From: an uncultured Bdellovibrionales bacterium
GTDB lineage: Bacteria > Patescibacteriota > Minisyncoccia > Moranbacterales > UBA1568
DNA: 64,000 bases
Assembly (NCBI GenBank): GCA_964624415.1
Contig: CAZUWR010000002.1
Location: 12,454-76,453 of the forward strand
Direction of reading: 5' to 3'
A program made the translations under genes and the position numbers. Under the pieces are notes generated by a model, which saw only the letters and a list, made by a program, of their open reading frames with translations, was not told the origin of the DNA and ran no database searches. Of the stretch, positions 9,096-15,813 are shown one piece after another (position 1 is the first letter of the stretch; the number at the start of each line of letters is the position of its first letter).

Positions 9096-10067
9096 CTACT
9101 TTCTATATTTTTCAACATAGTTTTTATAACGATTCATGGCTTTCTTTCTAGATGAAAATGTTTTTCTATCCTGAGAAGATGGGTTGGCATTAAGAAGGTC
9201 TTTAATCTTCTTTTTCTTCGCTCTTGCTTTTATTCCTACAGCCAAACTGTCGCGACGTAAGTCAATCCCGACATAATGCATCCCGTCCCTATGAGATCGG
9301 ATACTTGTCTTTTTTTCATTTATTCTGAGTGGTTGATTAGGATCAGCCTCAGCCAATAATTTCACAATTTCATTTCTCAGCTCTTCCATTGCTTTCTTGA
9401 AAACATGACTAGCCGTGATACCAATATCATCGACATAAATAGCTATTCTTGGGTCATGTCCTTTGAGCCTCTTTAAAACAAGATTTCGCAACTTCAGGAA
9501 TAAGTTAAGATTGCACCAAACGGCTAGTCGCGGGGATGTAGCAAAGCCCCTTGCAATGGTCATGATGGGTCCACCAGAGCCCTTGGGGCCCAAAGGGACA
9601 CAACAGAGCCTGGTGAGGATTTTAGAAGCTCTGGGGCTACATCCGCACATTCGTTTGAAAAAGAACTCGACCCTGGAGCTCTCAACTTGCTCGAAAAATC
9701 GTCTTAGGTCAAGTTTTAGCATATGCCGCCTCATCTTTGATCCCAAAAGCTCCCTGGCCGCCATCACATGATCTCTTTTTTTAAGACCTCCGAAAATAAA
9801 AAATGGCACCAAATTATCATGAGGCGCCAAAACCAATGCATTTATTTTTCGATGTAGTTTCTTAAGATTCTTCCCTGAAGCATTTCGAATATACTTGCCT
9901 TTTTTCAACTCAGAACTAGCGCTATCTTTCCAGTATGAATCGAGATTTAAAAGACAGTCATTTATCAAATCAAGGGCTTCCTTCGAAGGAAAGTCTTTGT
10001 GGCTAATATGCTTCGCAAGCTCATTTTTACTTTTTATGAAAAGCTTCGGATAAATTGACTTTGACAT
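9096..10067 (-). CDS. reverse transcriptase, retron-like, divergent
   Basis: LKLDLRRFFEQV, IARGFATSP (PQG..SP equivalent), catalytic YVDD, INEKKT; 323 aa with no maturase/endonuclease domain. Confidence 0.9.
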   Translation of the reverse strand: MSKSIYPKLFIKSKNELAKHISHKDFPSKEALDLINDCLLNLDSYWKDSASSELKKGKYIRNASGKNLKKLHRKINALVLAPHDNLVPFFIFGGLKKRDHVMAARELLGSKMRRHMLKLDLRRFFEQVESSRVEFFFKRMCGCSPRASKILTRLCCVPLGPKGSGGPIMTIARGFATSPRLAVWCNLNLFLKLRNLVLKRLKGHDPRIAIYVDDIGITASHVFKKAMEELRNEIVKLLAEADPNQPLRINEKKTSIRSHRDGMHYVGIDLRRDSLAVGIKARAKKKKIKDLLNANPSSQDRKTFSSRKKAMNRYKNYVEKYRK

Positions 10068-10383
10068 ACTTTTTCAACCGCTTAGCTCGGTTATAAATAA
10101 GAAGATCTTGCATCTTTTCCCCCCATTCCACCAGAAGTTTTTCCACACCACTTACTCGACCCTTACTTAACTCGGTATCCATGAAAAGAAATGGGGTGAT
10201 AGATGCTGGATGAACATCCATTCGATCGGCAAGTTTCAATAAAAACCCCTTAGAGACTTCTTTCTGTCCAGTCTCAATCATCGCAATAAGGACTGCCGAC
10301 ACATTCAAAGCAGAGGCAAACTCCGCCTGAGTCAAACCAGATTCACTCCTGATTTTCTTAATAAGTTCCGAAAAAGTATACAT
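10027..10383 (-). CDS. XRE/Cro-C1 helix-turn-helix protein, overlapping RT start by 41 bp
   Basis: IKKIRSESGLTQAEFASALNVSAVLIAMIETGQKEVS. Confidence 0.9.
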   Translation of the reverse strand: MYTFSELIKKIRSESGLTQAEFASALNVSAVLIAMIETGQKEVSKGFLLKLADRMDVHPASITPFLFMDTELSKGRVSGVEKLLVEWGEKMQDLLIYNRAKRLKKYVKVNLSEAFHKK

Positions 10384-10401
10384 AAAACCACTACGAGACG
10401 A

Positions 10402-10476
10402 CTACCAATTGATCAAGTCCAGGATGATGCGAACAATCCGAAGGATTGAATACAACATCCGCAAGAACTTTTTCAT
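10402..10476 (-). CDS. 24-aa amphipathic peptide MKKFLRMLYSILRIVRIILDLINW (candidate toxin/effector), not in ORF track
   Basis: ATG at 10476, TAG at 10402-10404, SD-like GAGGCGG ~9 nt upstream; ends 18 nt before the HTH start. Confidence 0.7.
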   Translation of the reverse strand: MKKFLRMLYSILRIVRIILDLINW

Positions 10477-10551
10477 ATTTAGTAGCCGCCTCGCTATACG
10501 AAAGCTTCGATTCAGCAATGAAGAAGTGATTCATAGTGTTTCCATTATAGC

Positions 10552-10922
10552 TAGGACTGGCTTATTATTATCTTTGTTGCTATTTAGAAGCACAAACCAA
10601 CTTCGCCCGACGGTTAAGAGTTTCGAGTGGTAAAAACAGCTTTCGGTAACTATTAAATAACCCGTCGGGCTAATTGATAGGTGCTCTGCAAGTTGAATGT
10701 GCGAAACAAATCACTTACTTCCCAACTCTACCATCCTATCTCTCATCATTATCATGTCCAAACTAGTCCGAATACGACTCGTGATAACCGACGAAATAGG
10801 TTGCTAGGGTCGAGCTCCGCTCAATAAAGAGTGGTCAGATAATTCCTCCAGAGGAACATCTATTATTTTCGATTTTTTAACCGTTTTTGATGCGTGAATC
10901 ATTTGTTAAGCAACAGTCCTAT
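10552..10922 (-). ncRNA. RT-associated structured ncRNA (msr-msd-like)
   Basis: 5' end 10907-10921 complementary to 10552-10564; internal stem GCCCGACGG 10605-10613 / CCGTCGGGC 10662-10670; hairpins 10817-10834 and 10843-10856; no sense ORF >=60 aa. Confidence 0.7.
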
Positions 10923-10927
10923 TCACA

Positions 10928-10957
10928 ATTATATACAAAACGTATAACTCCTGTCAA
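10928..10957 (-). promoter_or_regulatory. sigma70 promoter of the RT operon
   Basis: TTGACA (10957-10952), 18-bp spacer, TATAAT (10933-10928). Confidence 0.85.
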
Positions 10958-11036
10958 GCTTCCACTCCAGCAGAGACTTATTCAAAGTAGACAATATCTT
11001 CCCAATTAAGACTGTTCTTATGTGACAGGAAAATAT

Positions 11037-11158
11037 ATATCATCGAACCAAAACCAACCTATTTTTTATTAATTAACACATTCAGCCCCTGTGTAACACT
11101 CTCCATTTCCCCCATATTTTCCACCAAAAGAGTTCGAACTTCGTTGACTACCGAGCTC
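11037..11158. repeat. imperfect direct repeat B flanking the RT cassette (contains motif copy 4 at 11042-11062)
   Basis: aligns by eye with 8941-9048. Confidence 0.8.
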
Positions 11159-11342
11159 ACATATCAAAAAAGTGACTATCTAAGTCTCTTTTTGTTAATT
11201 TGCAGAATTACACTGAAATCTAAACCTGAGTGCGGTTAGTACCGTTTCGATGTTATCTAGTCTAGAGCCAAACTAAATAAAAATGATTAACACTTTTTTA
11301 TAAAATACTACACTAAAATAATTCTTCGCCATCTTTAAACCT

Positions 11343-12350
11343 ATGGCTCAAGGAAAACCAAAAGATCATTATGTGCCACAGTTTTATCTAGACGCTTTTG
11401 CTATAGAGGGTCCGGGAAAGAAACGATCTCATATATACCAATATATGGACAAGCAAGTAGTTTCTTCAAGAATAAGTGATGTTGCTAGTGAAAAAGATTA
11501 CTACACCTTTATACTAGATGAGGAAGATAAGAATACTGTCACTAGAGATGTTGATGATTTTTTTACAAATATAGAGGCTTCAGCAGCACCAGTGATTCAG
11601 CGGATTATAAAAGAAGAAAGTTTGGACATTACTAAAGAAGAAAGGGGATGGGTAGCTGTCTTTTTTTCGACATTAGCTGTACGTACACCAGGCTTTCTTA
11701 ATCTAGCGCAAGCACTACATGGTACTGCAATAAAAGAAATTGGTATAGCTGGAGCAGTGAATAAAGAAGTTCTAGCTGAGGATGTAAGGCGAGCAGGAAT
11801 GACAATTGATGAAAAACAACTTAATAACCTTCATAATTTTGTTATGAAGGGGGACTACGATATTACTTTTTCTAAAAAATCAAAGTCGTATTTTGTTGCT
11901 ACAGGGCTTAAAGACGCAAAAAATCTATCCAATATGTATTTTGAAAAGTTCTGGCATCTACTATTGGTAAATGGAAAAACTCCACTCTTAACCTCAGATA
12001 ATCCGGTTTCTCTTTATAGACCAAAATACATACCGGCCATATATAATGCTGGTTATGGTAATGGGGTCATAGTGATACCTCTTTCACCTAATGTAGCCAT
12101 ATTAATGAGAGAAAAACCTCTTCGAAAAGAAATTTCTCATATTAACGAATATATGGTAAGACGTCTCAATCAGAATACAATCCGTTTCTCTAATGAGTTT
12201 GTTTTTGGAAATCTACACATTCCCCAACTTGAGAAGCTTTTTAATAAAACACCAAAAAAGGCACACCAAAAGGTAAAAGCAACAAGAATAAAATGGACTC
12301 CATACACAGTTATGAGTACGGGCGTTATCCCGGAAGAATTTATAAAATAA
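11343..12350 (+). CDS. DUF4238 domain protein
   Basis: HYVPQFYL N-terminal motif, EKDYY, LLTSDNPV, IPLSPN. Confidence 0.85.
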   Translation: MAQGKPKDHYVPQFYLDAFAIEGPGKKRSHIYQYMDKQVVSSRISDVASEKDYYTFILDEEDKNTVTRDVDDFFTNIEASAAPVIQRIIKEESLDITKEERGWVAVFFSTLAVRTPGFLNLAQALHGTAIKEIGIAGAVNKEVLAEDVRRAGMTIDEKQLNNLHNFVMKGDYDITFSKKSKSYFVATGLKDAKNLSNMYFEKFWHLLLVNGKTPLLTSDNPVSLYRPKYIPAIYNAGYGNGVIVIPLSPNVAILMREKPLRKEISHINEYMVRRLNQNTIRFSNEFVFGNLHIPQLEKLFNKTPKKAHQKVKATRIKWTPYTVMSTGVIPEEFIK

Positions 12351-12438
12351 TCCTGACTGTTTGTTGTTTCCGACTCTAATGAAAAATGTTTCTATAATAA
12401 TTACATCCTTTATACAGGTAACGTAACTAAGAAATGTA

Positions 12439-12474
12439 ATATAAAAACAACCCCAAATGAGGTTGTTTTTATAT
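12439..12474. terminator. bidirectional intrinsic terminator near the right island boundary
   Basis: ATATAAAAACAACC-ccaaatga-GGTTGTTTTTATAT between convergent genes. Confidence 0.7.
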
Positions 12475-12527
12475 CGCCTGTCCTATGCAAGTTTCTGTAG
12501 GAAATCACTTCCTGTAAGAATCCTCTG

Positions 12528-12941
12528 TTACTTCACCTTGATGGCGATTTTCTTGGGCTTGGCTTCTTCCGCTTTCGGCATCACGACCTTGAGAATGCCC
12601 TTCTCGTAGTGAGCCTCGGCCTGGTCGCCCTTGACGCGCATTGGGAGAATCACCGATCGGGCGAAAGAACCGGAGCGCATCTCCTTGCGGTAGTAGTCCT
12701 CGCGCTTCACCTCCTTGTTTTCCTCGACGTGCCCGCTGATGGTGAGGACATCATTTTCAATCGTGATGTCCACTTTCTCAGGATCGATACCCGCGACCGC
12801 CACCTCGGCGACCACATGATCATTGTCCTGATATACATCGATAGCGGGGGCGAATTCGCCACCAAAGCGACCCAGTCCGAAATCCTCGATAAGTCCCTCA
12901 AGATCTCTTGTGGTGCTCCATGGAATCATTCCTCGTGTCAT
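12528..12941 (-). CDS. Hsp20/alpha-crystallin small heat-shock protein
   Basis: PAIDVYQD...LTISG...ERxxGSF-like EMRSGSFARS...AHYEKGILKV; SD AAAGGAGGTGA at 12959-12949. Confidence 0.95.
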   Translation of the reverse strand: MTRGMIPWSTTRDLEGLIEDFGLGRFGGEFAPAIDVYQDNDHVVAEVAVAGIDPEKVDITIENDVLTISGHVEENKEVKREDYYRKEMRSGSFARSVILPMRVKGDQAEAHYEKGILKVVMPKAEEAKPKKIAIKVK

Positions 12942-13008
12942 ACTTTGTTCACCTCCTTTCTTAGTGATATTTTATTTTCACTCTTTCTACTTCCAGTATA
13001 GTACGGAA

Positions 13009-13035
13009 TTAGCACTTGTCAAGTGCGAGTGCTAA
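13009..13035. promoter_or_regulatory. CIRCE element (HrcA operator) overlapping the Hsp20 -35 box
   Basis: TTAGCACTT-N9-GAGTGCTAA (1 mismatch to consensus); TTGACA at 13022-13017, TATACT at 13000-12995. Confidence 0.85.
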
Positions 13036-13123
13036 TCCTTAAAAATGCGGTAGAAGAAATAAAAGCGCCGCCCCAAAAGTTTCTGGGAGCGGCATTGCAT
13101 TATGTTTTATTATGTGAGCGCAA

Positions 13124-13273
13124 TTACTCACAAGGATCCTCCTGGATGACTTTTTGTAGCACTTCCTCTGCCTCAGCATCGCCGACCGCAGAATAGATTT
13201 CTACTACAAATTTTTTATCATCAGGATCAATCAAGCCCTCCTCAAAACCGTGTTTTGTGATACCATCGGTCAT
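13124..13273 (-). CDS. 49-aa acidic small protein, not in ORF track
   Basis: MTDGITKHGFEEGLIDPDDKKFVVEIYSAVGDAEAEEVLQKVIQEDPCE; AGGGGG SD; GC hairpin ~13064-13093 downstream. Confidence 0.5.
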   Translation of the reverse strand: MTDGITKHGFEEGLIDPDDKKFVVEIYSAVGDAEAEEVLQKVIQEDPCE

Positions 13274-13459
13274 TTTAACCCCCTATTTAAAAACGATTAT
13301 TACCCTATCACCCTCATTGAGATGACCCGGCCAGTATAGAATAAACCGCGAAAAAAATCAAGGTTTTTCATACCCATTAAAAAGCATCTTAACGCTCAAA
13401 TGAAATAAAACCGTGCTAAAAGTGCTATACTAAGAGAGGAGAACATTGTTTCAATCCCT

Positions 13460-14662
13460 ATGTCCGCATTCACATTTTTTCTGCGTTCGCATATCAAAGC
13501 GCTTCTTATCCTGCTCATTTTAGTGATCGCAGGTGTGTTTGCGGTACAGAAAAACATCCAGCGCTCATTCATCCCCGACATCCCGCTCCCGGAGCATCCT
13601 GGGCAAGGGCTCAGCGCCAGTCCTTTCGGTCCCATAGAAGACGTCCCGCAAAAAGCGCCTGTTCCCGCGCCGCCTTCGATGGAACGCATGAAGCAGCAAG
13701 GGTGCGTCGCCGACGGATTCCTCTCGGATTATGGAGAGAATGCCGATAGTATGGCAAAACTCATCAGCCGCTCCAACTGCTACTACCTGCACAGATCGCT
13801 CGAGACCTGGCTTCGTCCGCCGGATTTCGAGTTGGCGAAAAAAATCAAAGCGCGTGTCACCAAGCAAAATATGGTCTACGGGATGTTTATCGCGGAAGCC
13901 ATCGATACCAAGGCCAACTACTATTACCCACCCGAGCAGCGTGATTTTGAATTTTCAAAAATGTGCCGTGATGGAAGCAAAAACAAGTGGGGAGAACACA
14001 CCTGCCAGCCGTCTTTCGAAAAGCGTGAGTATATGCTCTATGTCCAGTACATCACCAAACAGGCTATCGATATGGGTATCCAGAGCTTTATGTTCGGTCA
14101 GGTCTTCCTTCAGGATGCCAATGATCCGGATCGATCACTCCTCAAAACCGTCATGGACAGTATGCGCGGCTATGCAGAATCCCAAAACGTTCAAATCGTC
14201 ATCGGCGCACAAACGAATGACATCGAGGACGAGAGCTATCTACGGATGTTCGACTACATCGAAGGCGGGGTCGGACTTCATACCGATGGCACCATCGAAC
14301 AAGGTGCTTGCTTTTCACGCTGGTGGAAACAAGAGGGTGACTGGTGCTGGGCGCTCCTTTGGAATGAAAAATTCGCGTCCAAGGCAAACAACGTCTTTAT
14401 TCACCTCGACTGGAGTGGCCGATCAGGCGATGATATGAGCACCTTTGCGCGTATGTCTGCAGAAGACCGCGCTCAGGCGATGCGGAACCTACACACCTAC
14501 TTCACCGATCGTCATATCGGCTTCTTCCTCCCGTTTCTCGCGCCCTTGCCGGTCAATAATGGCAGTTGCTACGGCCCAAAAAAGCGCTTTTACTCGCCGG
14601 ATAATAAATACAGCTGCCAGGACGAAAACGCCTTCAATACCATCCTTTCCGGCAAAAAGTAA
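13460..14662 (+). CDS. hypothetical membrane-anchored extracellular protein
   Basis: N-terminal TM helix, Cys/Trp-rich 400-aa ORF. Confidence 0.75.
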   Translation: MSAFTFFLRSHIKALLILLILVIAGVFAVQKNIQRSFIPDIPLPEHPGQGLSASPFGPIEDVPQKAPVPAPPSMERMKQQGCVADGFLSDYGENADSMAKLISRSNCYYLHRSLETWLRPPDFELAKKIKARVTKQNMVYGMFIAEAIDTKANYYYPPEQRDFEFSKMCRDGSKNKWGEHTCQPSFEKREYMLYVQYITKQAIDMGIQSFMFGQVFLQDANDPDRSLLKTVMDSMRGYAESQNVQIVIGAQTNDIEDESYLRMFDYIEGGVGLHTDGTIEQGACFSRWWKQEGDWCWALLWNEKFASKANNVFIHLDWSGRSGDDMSTFARMSAEDRAQAMRNLHTYFTDRHIGFFLPFLAPLPVNNGSCYGPKKRFYSPDNKYSCQDENAFNTILSGKK

Positions 14663-14729
14663 CCCTACCTAAAAACCACTATATTTGCTTTATATAAGCC
14701 ATTTAGCTCTCACTTGAGGGCTTTTTTCC

Positions 14730-14758
14730 TTGACTTTTTTTGGTAGGTATGCTATAGT
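14730..14758 (+). promoter_or_regulatory. sigma70 promoter with ~145-nt leader before the 3D-domain gene
   Basis: TTGACT-17-TATAGT with TG extension. Confidence 0.6.
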
Positions 14759-14910
14759 AGACAGTCAACCTCACAGGGAGATTGGCTCAGTTCCTCGACA
14801 ATAAGATCGTCCGCTGCAAAGGCTCAGCGTATCCCCCTACATAAGGATGCGACACCTCTGCGAAGCGCGCGACTCTTAGAGAGCATCTGGATAAATGGTA
14901 ATGACACCTT

Positions 14911-15474
14911 ATGCGTATCATTAGTATGACTGTTGCCTCTATGGTGATTATACTGGTCATCACGACCAATGTAGCCTCCGCAGACACTGCCACTACTAAT
15001 ATCAATACCAATATCTCAAACGAAATCAGTACTTACTCAATACAAAATGACCCATTTTTGATAGCCTATGGCCTTGGTACTCTTTCACAGACATCAGCTT
15101 CCGAGAAAACCGCCGAGGAAATCAAATATGAGGAAACGCTTAACAAATGGAAATTGAAACAGGGTCACTTGTGGAATAACCTTCCAAAGGAATCCTTTAC
15201 TATCAACGCTTCCGCTTATACGGCTGCTGCCGATGAGTGTGGCAACGACAAGGGTATCACTGCTTCAGGTATCAAGGTACAGGAAAAAAGAACGCTCGCT
15301 TGTCCTCCGATGTACCCATTCGGTGCAAAGATCGACATCGAGGGTCTGGGTATCTTTACCTGTGAGGACCGTGGTGGTGCCATCAAGGGTAACCACTTCG
15401 ATATCTATACCCAAACCAAAACAGAGGCTTTTGCCTTCGGCCGCCGTAACTTGACGGCTCACGTGGTGCAGTAA
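14911..15474 (+). CDS. 3D-domain (MltA-like) cell-wall protein
   Basis: ASAYT, GITASG, CEDRGGAIKGNHFDIY, AFAFGRR. Confidence 0.9.
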   Translation: MRIISMTVASMVIILVITTNVASADTATTNINTNISNEISTYSIQNDPFLIAYGLGTLSQTSASEKTAEEIKYEETLNKWKLKQGHLWNNLPKESFTINASAYTAAADECGNDKGITASGIKVQEKRTLACPPMYPFGAKIDIEGLGIFTCEDRGGAIKGNHFDIYTQTKTEAFAFGRRNLTAHVVQ

Positions 15475-15483
15475 GCGACATTA

Positions 15484-15509
15484 GCCACTCCCTTTCGGGG
15501 GTGGTTTTT
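15484..15509 (+). terminator. intrinsic terminator
   Basis: GCCACTCCC-tttc-GGGGGTGGT followed by T-run. Confidence 0.75.
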
Positions 15510-15603
15510 GTTTTGTGTATGCAAGCCACCGCATCCGATGAGTATGTTTACGATTGAGTATACATTGACCTAAGGCCTTTTTTTTGCTACTATTGAACCA
15601 ATA

Positions 15604-15674
15604 GGTCCGATGGCCGAGTGGTGAGGCAAGAGTCTGCAAAACTCTGTACAGCGGTTCAATTCCGCTTCGGACCT
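15604..15674 (+). tRNA. tRNA-Cys(GCA)
   Basis: cloverleaf, anticodon arm AGAGT-ctGCAaa-ACTCT, T-loop GGTTCAATTCC. Confidence 0.95.
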
Positions 15675-15682
15675 CACATATT

Positions 15683-15766
15683 GCTGCAGTGGTGGAATTG
15701 GTATACACGGCAGACTTAAAATCTGCTGCCTTAAACGGCTTGAGGGTTCGAGTCCCTCCCGCAGCA
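15683..15766 (+). tRNA. tRNA-Leu(TAA)
   Basis: anticodon arm GCAGA-ctTAAaa-TCTGC, long variable arm, GGTTCGAGTCC. Confidence 0.95.
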
Positions 15767-15813
15767 CAGACATCGTAATACTCTGATTTATACAAAAAGT
15801 AAAACCATAAAGT

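Larger units (their letters stand above)
1..12400. mobile_element. AT-rich integrated mobile element / defence island (left end outside window)
   Basis: replication module, terminase remnant, RT, DUF4238; visible composition change at Hsp20; boundary approximate. Confidence 0.7.

Noticed and set aside
9096-10067. RT as group II intron or DGR enzyme
   Set aside because: No maturase domain or intron domain V; no TR/VR pair differing at adenines and no avd-like gene seen
10409-10633. 74-aa + strand ORF antisense to the RT ncRNA/peptide, considered as a DRT2-style hidden gene
   Set aside because: TTG start, no SD or + strand promoter seen, and no template-jump repeats identified; more simply a shadow ORF
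4862-11062. Repeat motif as CRISPR array or integron attC
   Set aside because: Spacing is kb-scale and irregular, no cas or intI gene, and no attC-type fold with paired R boxes
9022-11158. GTTCGAA in the direct repeats as tRNA T-loop remnants
   Set aside because: No T-stem, acceptor stem or match to the tRNAs in this window
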